Counted from the first letter of the stretch, positions 1-9,035 are shown. The stretch is 30,305 bases of DNA from Candidatus Eiseniibacteriota bacterium (GCA_052390515.1 JBQTGV010000059.1:1-30305), one strand, 5' to 3'. The notes: generated by a model from the sequence alone, not told the origin. Made by a program: numbers and translations.

Positions 1-1053
1 GCGGTGCGTCGCCGGGGCCAGGCGCAGCAGGTAGTCGTGGGCGAAGCGCAAGAGCGGCTGCTCGCTGACGGCCAGGTCGTGCAGGGGCGGGTACTCGATC
101 GTGAAGTCGCCCTGGCCCATCGTGCTCTTGACGTGCACGATCGAGTGGCAAGACGTGCAGGCCAGGCCGGCCTGGGCCTCGGGCGTGTCGATCTGCTCCT
201 TGATGGGCCGGTCGAAGCGGCCGTTGAAGAACACCGCGTGGTCGTGGCAGCCGGCGCACCACTTGGATTACTGCACCGAGTTCACTTCCTGCATGTACTC
301 GATGGAGCGCCGGTACCACTGGTTGTTGAACGAGGAGAAGTGGTGGGCCGACTCGTTCCAGGCGTCGAAGATGTCCTGATGGCAGCGCGCGCACGCCTCC
401 GACGTCATGAAGAAGTTGGAGGGGATGCGCCCGCCGGTGGAGGTGGCGGCCGAAGACGGGAAGAAGGGTCCCTCGGGGCCGCCCATGGCCTCCTGGGCCA
501 TCTCGAACGGCGGCGGCGGGTTCTCGATCCGCTGGGCTTCGTAGCGTGGCGCGGTGACGAGCGGCGGCCAGGCGAGCACGAGCCCGACACAGAGCAAGGC
601 GGCCGCTCCGAGGACGCGCAGCCCCGAGTCCAGCGCGGGACTCGGAGCGCGCCGAGCGTGCAGGATGCAGGCGAGCAGCGCGCCGACCATTCCGGAGACG
701 GCCAGGACGATGTGCAGATCCAGGAGCCAGGCGGTTTCGCGGGTGTGGTGCCGCCATGCGAGGACCGCGGCCGACACGGCGGACGCGACGATCAGCAGCG
801 CCGAGATCACGCCCACGGCGAACGCCGGACCGCCGGCGCTGCGCGCTTGGCGGAGGCCGCGAACGGCCCAGGCGGCGAGGGCGACAGTCAAAAGGGCGCC
901 GCCGAACGCGTGAGCGAACACGTTCGCGACGTAGAACAGGCTGGGTGAGGACTCGACGGCGAGGTAAGCCGTGGAGACCAGATACGCGCCGACGATTGTC
1001 GCGACGGGCGTGGGCGCGAGCCCCCCGCGACGCTTCGTGTCAGCTGGCAGCAC
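1..1053 (-). pseudogene. Membrane-anchored multiheme cytochrome c (c554-like) gene, 5' part, interrupted by an in-frame TAA at 270-268; runs off the left edge
   Basis: Probable GTG start at 1053 with GAGGAG RBS 7 nt upstream; several N-terminal hydrophobic segments; heme motif CARCH. The same frame continues past the stop: ...MQEVNSVQ*SKWCAGCHDHAVFFNGRFDRPIKEQIDTPEAQAGLACTSCHSIVHVKSTMGQG..., with two more CxxCH motifs and no further stop to base 1. May be a sequencing error rather than a true pseudogene. Confidence 0.8.
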
Positions 1054-1193
1054 GAGGCGACTCCTCGAGGCGTGGGGCACGCCGTAATGCCCGCAGTCTA
1101 TCACGGATACGGCAGATGCGCCGGCCCGCTCAAGCCTCACGAGCCGCGGGTCGATCCTCCCGCCGGGACCCGACCCCCGCCGCGGAAGGGCGC

Positions 1194-2720
1194 ATGCCCG
1201 ATCGAGCTGCCGAACGAACCCTGCCCGACGTGCTCCGCGAGGCCGACGACCTCCCGTCGCTGCCCGTGGTCGCGATGGAGGTCCTGCGTCTCACGCGGAA
1301 CGAGAACGCGACCCTGGACGACCTCGCCCGGGTCCTCTCCCGGGACCCGGCCCTCTCCGCCAAGCTGTTGAAGCTGGCCAACTCGGCGCAGTTCTCCCTG
1401 GGGTCGCCGGCCACGACGCTGCAACGGGCCTGCCTCGTCCTCGGTCTCAAGACGGTGAAGCTGCTGTCGCTGGGGTTCTCCCTGGTCACCTCGCTGCGGA
1501 CGGGCGACGCCCCCTTCCCTTATGACGATCTCTGGCGCCGGAGCCTCCTGCGCGCGACTGCGGCGCGGGCATTCGGGCGTGCCACGCGCAGCCGCCTCTC
1601 CGACGAGGCCTTCGTGTGCGGGCTGCTCGGCCGTCTCGGACAGATGGTGCTGGCCCGCTGCCTGCCGCGCGAGTATGCGAAGGCCCTGGCCGCCGCCGGC
1701 GGGTCCTGGCCTGACTCGGGCATCGAGCGGCGCCTCCTTGGCTTCGATCACCACGAGATCGGGGGCACCCTGCTCTCCACCTGGGGACTGCCTCCGCTCG
1801 TCTCGCTGGGGGTCGCGCTGCAGGGCAACGAGGGCGAGGCGCCCGCGGACCTCCCGCCGTCGGCGCTCGAGCTCTGGGGGCTGCTGGACGCCGCCGTGTG
1901 CTGCGAGCGTCTGCTCGCCGGCGAGACGGGGGCGGCGGAGCCGCTCTCCCGCGCGGCCGACCGGCTCGGACTGCCCAGGGACCGGCTCGAGCCTCTTCTC
2001 GCCCAGCTCACCGGCGAGATCGCTGAGGTGGCCGAGGTCTTCGCCATCGAGATGGCCGAGGTCGATGCCGTCGAGCTGCTGCGCAACGCGAAGACCGAGC
2101 TGGTCAAGACCGGCGTCGGGGTGGCGGCGGAGATGCGCGAGGCGGAGGAGAGGGCCAGCGCGCTGGTCATGCAGAACGAAGCGCTGAAGCGCCAGGCGCA
2201 GCTCGATCCCCTCACCGGATTGACCAACCGCGCCGGGTTCGAGTCCCTGCTGGCCGAGCTCGTCGCCAAGCGCCGGCGCCGCACGATGCCCGACCGCCTG
2301 GGGCTCCTGCTGCTGGACGTCGATCACTTCAAGAAGGTGAACGACACGTACGGACATCCGGCGGGTGACGAAGTCCTCGCGATGATCGCGCGGGTCGTGG
2401 AGGGCGTCTCCCGGGATTCCGACTGCGCCGCTCGCATCGGAGGCGAAGAGCTCGCCGTGCTGATGCCCCGTACCTCCTTCGAGGGGCTCGCCTCGCTCAG
2501 CGAGCGCATCCGCAGCGCGGTCGAGCGGGCGCGCGTGAGCGTGGCGGGAACCGAGATCTCCGTGACGGTGAGCCTCGGCGGCGCGGCCATCGCCCGCTTC
2601 GAGCGCGACGAGGACGCGCACGCGCTGGTCGAGCTCGTGGACCAGTGCCTCTACCGGGCGAAGCAGGAGGGACGCAACCGCTGCGTGCTCCACCCGGACA
2701 TCGACCTGCCGGCTATCTGA
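1194..2720 (+). CDS. HDOD-domain diguanylate cyclase (HDOD + coiled coil + GGDEF)
   Basis: ATG at 1194 after GGAAGGG. HDOD signature LPSLP...DPALSAKLLKLANS; DPLTGLTNR, LDVDHFKKVNDTYGHPAGD, active site GGEEL, I-site RDSD, C-terminal LYRAKQEGRN. Confidence 0.92.
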   Translation: MPDRAAERTLPDVLREADDLPSLPVVAMEVLRLTRNENATLDDLARVLSRDPALSAKLLKLANSAQFSLGSPATTLQRACLVLGLKTVKLLSLGFSLVTSLRTGDAPFPYDDLWRRSLLRATAARAFGRATRSRLSDEAFVCGLLGRLGQMVLARCLPREYAKALAAAGGSWPDSGIERRLLGFDHHEIGGTLLSTWGLPPLVSLGVALQGNEGEAPADLPPSALELWGLLDAAVCCERLLAGETGAAEPLSRAADRLGLPRDRLEPLLAQLTGEIAEVAEVFAIEMAEVDAVELLRNAKTELVKTGVGVAAEMREAEERASALVMQNEALKRQAQLDPLTGLTNRAGFESLLAELVAKRRRRTMPDRLGLLLLDVDHFKKVNDTYGHPAGDEVLAMIARVVEGVSRDSDCAARIGGEELAVLMPRTSFEGLASLSERIRSAVERARVSVAGTEISVTVSLGGAAIARFERDEDAHALVELVDQCLYRAKQEGRNRCVLHPDIDLPAI

Positions 2721-4269
2721 GCGACCCTCCGCGGAGGCGCGCGGCGATGTCCTTCCTCGCGGCGAAGACGTAGTAGCGTCTCGCACCGCCCTCCTCGAGC
2801 ACACCGAGGATCGACTCGTACTCGCGCTCGAATCGCTCCCGGCCGGAGGCGTCGACCCAGCTCGCGGGGCGGGTGTCTTCCGGGCGATCGGTCACTATCG
2901 GCCCGCCGAGCACGAACTGCGGCGCGAGCGCCATGAGCGCGTCGCCGCGAAGCAGGAGCGAGTGGCCCGGGCGCGGCGGCTCGCGCGGGACGTACGCGGA
3001 CAGATCCGCGGCGACGAGCCCCAGCTGGTCGATGGTGTGCAGCCCGGAGTGATACGGAATGCATCCGGCGGCCGTCACCGCGACGGTGTCTCCCGGCGCC
3101 GCGATCCCGGCGAGGTGCCGCCCGACCGCGCTCCAGTCCTCGGTGTAGCGCCGCAGGAGCCCGATCGAGTCGACGCCCCCCTCGTGCCACGCCTTCGCGG
3201 AGCGTGCCGTCCCGGCCACGTTGCCGGCGACCACGAGTGCCACGAGCGCAGAGGCCGCCGCCGCACCGGCCCGCCCGCGCCGGCCGAGCGCTGCGAGGGA
3301 CTCGCCGGCGAGCCACAGAAAGGGCGGCAGCGCCGGGACGAGGAAGCGGTAGCGATCCATGAAGTCGCCGCCGGCCAGCGCCACGACGGCGGCCAGCGGC
3401 AGCGCCACCCCGGCGGCGAGCAGCAGTCTCTCTCGCGCGCGCGCATCCCGCCGCCGGCTCCAGGCGTGAACGGCGGCCGTGGCGACGAGTGGCAGGAGCG
3501 CGAGGTCGAGGAGCGCTTGGCCGAGGTAGGCGGCGCCGTCCGGCAGGAGCTCCAGTCCGCGCACCTTGACCGCCGCGGTGTTCGGCAGCCAGCGCCCGTA
3601 GTACGCGTGCCGCCAGACGGTGTGCGCGGCGAGCGGCATCGCCCAGCCGGCGGTCCACGCCGCGAGGGATGCGCGCGGCACGCCGGCCGATCCGCGGCGA
3701 AGCAGCACGAACAGCAGGCACGCGGCGACGAGCGCTCCCTCCGGCCGCGTGAGCACGGCGAGCGCGAGGCAGGCCGAACTGAGAGCCAGGCGCCGCCCCA
3801 CCGTTCGGGGACCGGTCTCCTCCGAGAGCGCGAACGCGGCGCCGCCCAGGAGCGCGGAGAAGAGCGCCGTCTCCAGACCTCCGGTGCTCCACGCCGCCCA
3901 GGCGCTCGAGCCGGCGAGCAGGAAGGCGAAGGGCAGAGCCGCTGCTCGGCCACGTCGCGCCGCCGTGAGGAGGACCGCGGCCAGGAAGCCGAGCGAGATC
4001 GCCGCACCGAGCGGCGCCGCCAGCGCGTCCGGCCGGATGCCGAGCCGGATTCCGCCGGCGAGCAGCACGATCCACAAGAAGTTCGTGTAACCCTCGACGC
4101 GCTCGCCCCGCTGGAAGACGAGGCCGTCCCCGGACGCGAGACGGTCCGCGTAGCGAAAGGAGATGAACGCGTCGTCGCACAGGAACGACGAGGCGGCGAC
4201 GTGAGCCGCCGCGAGCACAAACGCCGCGGCGAGCACCCACCGGAGGCGGGGTCCGAGCGGCGCCGTCAT
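2713..4269 (-). CDS. Polytopic GT-C fold glycosyltransferase (AftB-like)
   Basis: First external loop DDAFISFRYA...GERVEGYTNFLW, then GLET and LTRPEG motifs, many TM segments, GGDFM..YRF and a C-terminal soluble domain (IDQLGL). Confidence 0.75.
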   Translation of the reverse strand: MTAPLGPRLRWVLAAAFVLAAAHVAASSFLCDDAFISFRYADRLASGDGLVFQRGERVEGYTNFLWIVLLAGGIRLGIRPDALAAPLGAAISLGFLAAVLLTAARRGRAAALPFAFLLAGSSAWAAWSTGGLETALFSALLGGAAFALSEETGPRTVGRRLALSSACLALAVLTRPEGALVAACLLFVLLRRGSAGVPRASLAAWTAGWAMPLAAHTVWRHAYYGRWLPNTAAVKVRGLELLPDGAAYLGQALLDLALLPLVATAAVHAWSRRRDARARERLLLAAGVALPLAAVVALAGGDFMDRYRFLVPALPPFLWLAGESLAALGRRGRAGAAAASALVALVVAGNVAGTARSAKAWHEGGVDSIGLLRRYTEDWSAVGRHLAGIAAPGDTVAVTAAGCIPYHSGLHTIDQLGLVAADLSAYVPREPPRPGHSLLLRGDALMALAPQFVLGGPIVTDRPEDTRPASWVDASGRERFEREYESILGVLEEGGARRYYVFAARKDIAARLRGGSLR

Positions 4270-4314
4270 CGCCCCGAGCCGTCGAGTTCGCCGAACGGTG
4301 GAGCGTGGAGCCCT

Positions 4315-4349
4315 GCTTCGCCCAAGGATGCCGAGCTTCGCCCAGGGAT
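4315..4349. repeat. Direct repeat GCTTCGCCCA(A/G)GGAT x2 with 20-bp period in a divergent intergenic region
   Basis: 4315-4329 gcttcgcccaaggat and 4335-4349 gcttcgcccagggat, 14/15 identical. Confidence 0.7.
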
Positions 4350-4487
4350 CTTCAGCCTTTGCAACTTACGATAGGACAATGCGTTAGGGGAATCCAGAGC
4401 TTCAGTCCGCGGATCTCCGGGCCGATGGGGAGAGGAGCCGCCAGTCGTCCGACGCCGCATGGATCGAAACCCTGTCCGAGGAGCCAC

Positions 4488-5153
4488 GTGACCACCTTCG
4501 CCGAGGAGACCCGGGTCTGCCCGGTTTGCGAGGCGCGCTTCCGCGTGGCCGCGGTGCACTCCAGCGGCAGCTCGGGGGCGGACTCGGACTTCCGCCCGCA
4601 CCACTGGGGCCCGGATCCGCTGCCCGGGTACGTGCACTCGTGTCTGGAGTGCGGCTTCTCGGGATACACGCAGGACTTCGACGACGGCGTGTCCGAGATG
4701 GTGATGCGCAAGATCCGCAAGTTCCTCTCGCCGCGGACCAGGGACCTCAGCCGCGCGAACGCCCCGTACTTCCGGTACGAGTTCCTGGCGCTGATCTACG
4801 AGTGGGACGACCGCTCGTCTCTCGAGGTGGCCGAGGGGTTCCTGCGGGCGTCGTGGGTGGCGCGCGCGTGCGACAACCGCGAGAAGGAGCGGCTCTACCA
4901 GCGGGAAGCGGTGCGCCGCTTCGAGGAGGCGCTGGAGATCGGGGAGTGCGAGCGGCAGGAGGACCGCGCCGTCGTGTCCTACCTCATCGGGGAGCTGCAT
5001 CGCCGGCTCAACCGCAAGCGCCGGGCGGAGACGTGGTTTCACCGATCGCTGGAGGAGCACGCGCTGATCCAGGTCCAGGACGGCGACGCGCTCGGCTGGC
5101 TCGACTCGCAGATCCGACACCAGCTGGGGTCCCCTTCGGATCGGATGAGCTGA
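4488..5153 (+). CDS. DUF2225-like protein (CxxC...CxxC zinc ribbon plus TPR-like helices)
   Basis: GTG at 4488 after GAGGAG; CPVC...DSDFRP...CLECG, then helical region with FLRASW and YLIGELHRRL. Confidence 0.8.
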   Translation: MTTFAEETRVCPVCEARFRVAAVHSSGSSGADSDFRPHHWGPDPLPGYVHSCLECGFSGYTQDFDDGVSEMVMRKIRKFLSPRTRDLSRANAPYFRYEFLALIYEWDDRSSLEVAEGFLRASWVARACDNREKERLYQREAVRRFEEALEIGECERQEDRAVVSYLIGELHRRLNRKRRAETWFHRSLEEHALIQVQDGDALGWLDSQIRHQLGSPSDRMS

Positions 5154-5154
5154 C

Positions 5155-7878
5155 TCACTGGCCGCCCGAGGCGTCTCCGCTCGAATCGGCTGCGCCGGGC
5201 GCGGTCGTCCCCCCGCCGAACAGCTGCTTCACGCCCTGCTTGAGACTCTGATCGAGCCGCCCGCGAAGCGCGTTGCCCAGATTCTGCTTCGCCCGCTCGG
5301 CGAGCTTGGACGTGTCTACGGTCACCTGGGGCTTGGCCGCCGGCCCCGACAGCGCGAAGTCGAGCGCGAGCCGGCCGGAGTCGTTGGCCAGGAGCCTCGC
5401 CAGCTCGCCGCCCAGCCGCTTGCGATAGATGTCGGAGAGACGATCGTCGAGCTCGACCTGCACGCGGTAGTCGAGCTGCCCGTCGAAGCCCAGCGAGCCC
5501 GAGGCCTTCCACGCGGCGTTGCCCCCGTGGAGCTCGACGCCGTCGGTGAAGATGCGTCCTTCGCGCACCTGGAAGGCGGCGGCGAGGTCGCGGAAGGGAA
5601 CGACGGACTCCTCGCCGAGGTGGAGCGCCTGCCAGATGGCCTGCGTCGTCGGCGTGGCGGCGAGCTGGCCGTCGGTCGCGGTGAAGTTCCCCGACCCGGT
5701 CAGCGCACGGGCGATCTGCTCGGGAGTGGCCCCACGACCGGAGAAGCTCGAGGCGAGGTCCATCTTGCCGAACACGATCCCGCTCGCCGGCGTGACCGAG
5801 GAGATCACGTCGTTCGCCTCGATGCCGCTCGCCTTCGCCTCGATGTCGAACCCCGGCTGCTCGGGATCGGTGAGATCGACGTCGGCCCTGCCCAGCACCG
5901 CGCCGCCCCAGGCCGTGCCGGCGATGTCGCCCAGATGAAGGATGCGATCCTCGGCGAGGTCGATCGTGCCGGTGACGCCGGTGAGCCGCGAGCCGTACGC
6001 GTCCACCTCCGGCGCGCGGAAGTCTCCCCGGGCGGTCTGTCCCTGGAGCGCGAGGTTCGTGTCGAAGCCGCGCAGCAGCACGCCGCCGTAGTCCGCGCTC
6101 GCGATGCGCGCGGTCACGTCGCCGGCGCCGCCGCTTCCCTTCGCGTCCAGGGTCACGCCGGCCATGCGCGCTCCCTCGGTGATGAGCGAGTCGACAACGA
6201 GGTGCAGCGTCAGCGGGATGGGAGGCATCACGGGCACGAGGGGGAGCGCGACCTCGGCGGGGGGCGCGGGAGGCGTCGCTCCCGGACTCCCCGCGGGCGA
6301 CGAGGGAGCGGCCACCGGACGCGGCGGCGCGAGCTCGACGAGATCCAGGCGCGCGCAGCGTCCGTCGAGCTCGATCGAAGGTTCGCCGAGCACGTCGCGT
6401 ACCACGCCGCGCCCCTCGAACGTGGCGCTTCCGAGGCGCCCGCGGGCGCGCTCGATCCGCAGATCCGAGCCGGCGAACACGCCGGAGAGATTCCAGTCCT
6501 CGGCCGGCACGGGAAGGTCGGGAGTCTCGGCGCGCGCGGAGACGACGTCGATCCGCCCGTCCAGCGCGAACGCGCCGGGGACGGCCGCCCGACCGCGGGC
6601 GCGCGCGTCGACCTTGGCCCGGCCGCCTAGCGCGACGCCCGGAGGCAGCGTGCCGCTCTGTCCGGCGAGCGCGAGCGGAATGTCGGCCATCACGGCGAGG
6701 TCGAGCGCGGGACCGCCCTCCGTCGCGAGACTGTCCGCGCGGCCGGAGACGCGGAACGTCCCGTCGCCGCCGAGCTTCCCGCCGAGGTCGGAGAGGATGA
6801 CCTCGGTCGCGGTTCCGACGACCGAACCGCGAAGGTCGCTGATGCCGGCGGGGATTCCCTCCCAGCCGAACGACGCGCCCTCGAAGTCCATGCTCCACTC
6901 CACGCGCGGAGGCCGCGCCGGGTCGCTGAGCAGTCCTTCGAGCTTCGCCGCCAGTCGCACCGGACCGGAGCCGTCGGGCGCGCGGCCCTCCGGGAGCATC
7001 GCGGGCGGAATGAGAGCGAGCAGGTCCCGCAGCTCGTAGACCGCGGGGGCGAGCGTGAGCGAGGCGCGCGGCTGGCGCGGCAGTCCGTCGATCTCGCCCT
7101 GCACCGCGAGATCGAGCGGGGGTGCCGTGAGGCGCAGCTCGGGGAGGAGCACGCGCCCCTCGAGGGGCTTCGCCTCGATACGGTAGCGCAGCACCGGCTT
7201 CAAGCGCTCCAGCGTCTCTCGGTAGGCGTCCAGCGCCGTGAGGGACAGGCGCTCGAGGGAGAGCTGGCCCTCGGATCGAACGCTCCGCGCTCCGGTCTCG
7301 ACGTCGAGGTTGCCGGAGAGCTCGATGCCCTCGAGGGCCACGTCGCCGTCCGGCCCGGCGACGCGAACGGTGCCGTCGAGGATCTCGAAGCTCTGCACGG
7401 CGACGCGCAGCGACGCGGCCAGCGGGAGCGCCGCGGGGGGAGCGCCGCCTCCTCGTTCGCCGGCCGCGGCCTCGCGGGCCGCCCTCCCGGGAATCACCAA
7501 TCCGGTCTCGTCGCGGCTGAGGAACAGCGCGGGGCGAACGAGCGACACGCGAGGCACCACCACCTCGCGGCGGAGCAGCGGGAGCAGCGAGAGCCTGGCG
7601 AGACCCGACTCCATCGTTGCGAGGGGAGCGCCGCCCTCGCCGAGAACGCGCAGGTCCGTCAGCGTGACGCCGAACGGAGACAGGGAGAGGCGCGCATCGC
7701 CGAGTTCGGTGGCGAGACCGGTCGCGTCCTGCACCGCGCGAATCGTCGAGGCGCGCAGCCGTTCGGGAGTGAGCATCGCGCGCAGAACGAGCGTGCCCGC
7801 GCCCGCCAGGACGACGAGCGCGGCGGCGACGATGCCGAGCCGCCGCCCCCAACCGCCTGACCCACGCTGCGCATTCAT
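5155..7878 (-). CDS. AsmA-family protein (N-terminal TM anchor, AsmA-like C-terminal region)
   Basis: ATG at 7878 overlaps the upstream stop (ATGA); N-terminal TM helix, LSLLPLLRREV...P.LFL.RD..G AsmA motif, C-terminal LTGSGNF...GSLGFDGQLDY...SGP..KPQV. Confidence 0.85.
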   Translation of the reverse strand: MNAQRGSGGWGRRLGIVAAALVVLAGAGTLVLRAMLTPERLRASTIRAVQDATGLATELGDARLSLSPFGVTLTDLRVLGEGGAPLATMESGLARLSLLPLLRREVVVPRVSLVRPALFLSRDETGLVIPGRAAREAAAGERGGGAPPAALPLAASLRVAVQSFEILDGTVRVAGPDGDVALEGIELSGNLDVETGARSVRSEGQLSLERLSLTALDAYRETLERLKPVLRYRIEAKPLEGRVLLPELRLTAPPLDLAVQGEIDGLPRQPRASLTLAPAVYELRDLLALIPPAMLPEGRAPDGSGPVRLAAKLEGLLSDPARPPRVEWSMDFEGASFGWEGIPAGISDLRGSVVGTATEVILSDLGGKLGGDGTFRVSGRADSLATEGGPALDLAVMADIPLALAGQSGTLPPGVALGGRAKVDARARGRAAVPGAFALDGRIDVVSARAETPDLPVPAEDWNLSGVFAGSDLRIERARGRLGSATFEGRGVVRDVLGEPSIELDGRCARLDLVELAPPRPVAAPSSPAGSPGATPPAPPAEVALPLVPVMPPIPLTLHLVVDSLITEGARMAGVTLDAKGSGGAGDVTARIASADYGGVLLRGFDTNLALQGQTARGDFRAPEVDAYGSRLTGVTGTIDLAEDRILHLGDIAGTAWGGAVLGRADVDLTDPEQPGFDIEAKASGIEANDVISSVTPASGIVFGKMDLASSFSGRGATPEQIARALTGSGNFTATDGQLAATPTTQAIWQALHLGEESVVPFRDLAAAFQVREGRIFTDGVELHGGNAAWKASGSLGFDGQLDYRVQVELDDRLSDIYRKRLGGELARLLANDSGRLALDFALSGPAAKPQVTVDTSKLAERAKQNLGNALRGRLDQSLKQGVKQLFGGGTTAPGAADSSGDASGGQ

Positions 7879-8621
7879 GACCGTCGCTCTCCGGTGCCGC
7901 TCGCGCGCCGCGAGATCGGCGGATCGAGACAATTCAGCACCGCACGAGTCCGCGGGCACGCGCGGGAGCCGGCCAGCTCCCGCGAAAGCCTGCGGAGGTC
8001 GTCCGGCGAATCCACGTCGTACCACATGCCGGCGTCCACGAGCACCACTCTCTCGCGCCGGGCGCGCTCCCGCACCGCGGCCGCCACCGCGTGCGTGCTC
8101 CAGGGTACGGCCCGGAACAGTCCGGGGAGCGGTCGCGGTAGGCTCATGGCGGCGAACCCCCCGTCCCGGGTGAGGATCCAGCCCACGCGCCCCTGTCGGG
8201 CAGCGGCGATCGAGCGGGCCAGGTAGGGAGCCGGGAGGCTCGGGTGATCCCCGCCCACCAGCGTCACCGTCCGGGCTCCCCGGGCGAACCGCCGGGCGGA
8301 GGTCCGCGCGAGCCGCGCGCCGAGATCGCCCGGCCCCTGGTCGACGAGGCGCGCCCCGGGCCCGGCAACTTCCCGAACCGAGTGGCGAGCATCCGCGGTC
8401 GGGACGGCCACCTCGATGTCAGTCGTAACAAAGCAACGCAACGTTTCTAGCAAATCTCCGAGGAAGGCGCGGGCGAGCGAAGCAGACTCTACGGCACTCA
8501 GGAACGGGATAAGGCGCGTCTTGACCTGTCCCGGAATGGGGGCCTTGGTGAGGATGATAAATGCGTCGGAAAGAGAAAATCTGTTGCGGATCGTGAAAGC
8601 CCGATGGTAGTCTGGTACCAC
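7875..8621 (-). CDS. DUF2064 / TIGR04282-family (CofC-like) glycosyl- or nucleotidyltransferase; start uncertain
   Basis: IILTKAPIPGQVKTRL, QGPGDLGARL, LVGGDHPSL, DGGF, VPWST, WYDVDSPDDL. No ATG near the domain start; nearest in-frame candidates are GTG 8621 and TTG 8627, neither with a clear RBS. Confidence 0.82.
   Translation of the reverse strand: MVPDYHRAFTIRNRFSLSDAFIILTKAPIPGQVKTRLIPFLSAVESASLARAFLGDLLETLRCFVTTDIEVAVPTADARHSVREVAGPGARLVDQGPGDLGARLARTSARRFARGARTVTLVGGDHPSLPAPYLARSIAAARQGRVGWILTRDGGFAAMSLPRPLPGLFRAVPWSTHAVAAAVRERARRERVVLVDAGMWYDVDSPDDLRRLSRELAGSRACPRTRAVLNCLDPPISRRASGTGERRS
8584..8613 (+). promoter_or_regulatory. Candidate sigma70-type promoter for the PEP-CTERM gene
   Basis: TTGCGG-N18-TAGTCT with extended -10 TG, 65 nt upstream of ATG 8679, in an AT-richer segment. 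Confidence 0.4.
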
Positions 8622-8678
8622 GGTCAAATGGACCCGGCGAGCATTCGCCCCGCGAATCGGGTCGACGGAGGATCGGAC

Positions 8679-9035
8679 ATGGGCAACATGGTTCGGGGCA
8701 CGGCTCTCTCCGCGACGGTCGCGCTCGGTCTGGCTCTCGGGTCGTCCGCGCTCGCCGAGCCGTCGAAGGCGGAGGGGTCTGCCGTTTTGAATGAGAGCGA
8801 GCAGCGCATCTTCGCCGAGCAGCAGGGCCAGCCGACGGACCCGGGCAACCCGTGGTACGACGGCGACTTCGGCGGTGGCGTCCCCGGCGGCTCGAACGGC
8901 GGCGGCGGGAGGGGCGGCGGCGGAGGCGCGGTCGTGCCGGAGCCCGGGACGATGGCCCTGCTCGGCATGGGACTCGCTGCGCTCGGTGCGGCGCGCCGGC
9001 GGCAGCAGAAGGTGAAGAAAGACGCGAGCGCGTAA
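8679..9035 (+). CDS. Small PEP-CTERM sorting-domain protein (118 aa)
   Basis: GGAGGA RBS; signal peptide ending ALA; Gly-rich linker; C-terminal VPEPGTMALLGMGLAALGAARRR (PEP motif, TM helix, basic cluster). Confidence 0.92.
   Translation: MGNMVRGTALSATVALGLALGSSALAEPSKAEGSAVLNESEQRIFAEQQGQPTDPGNPWYDGDFGGGVPGGSNGGGGRGGGGGAVVPEPGTMALLGMGLAALGAARRRQQKVKKDASA

Noticed and set aside
268-270. Stop-codon recoding (selenocysteine, pyrrolysine or alternative code)
   Set aside because: The codon is TAA, not TGA or TAG, and TAA, TAG and TGA all terminate other genes in the window at sensible positions.
4-948. Long antisense or alternate-frame ORFs (for example 4-948, 1137-2804, 5039-7852, 14702-17170, 20788-22938, 26069-28495, 28290-30185)
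   Set aside because: No motifs, biased composition, and full overlap with well-supported genes; expected at this GC content.
8600-8660. Sigma54 promoter upstream of the PEP-CTERM gene, as expected from proteobacterial systems
   Set aside because: The GG...GC pairs found are spaced N9, not N10, and lack TTGC.
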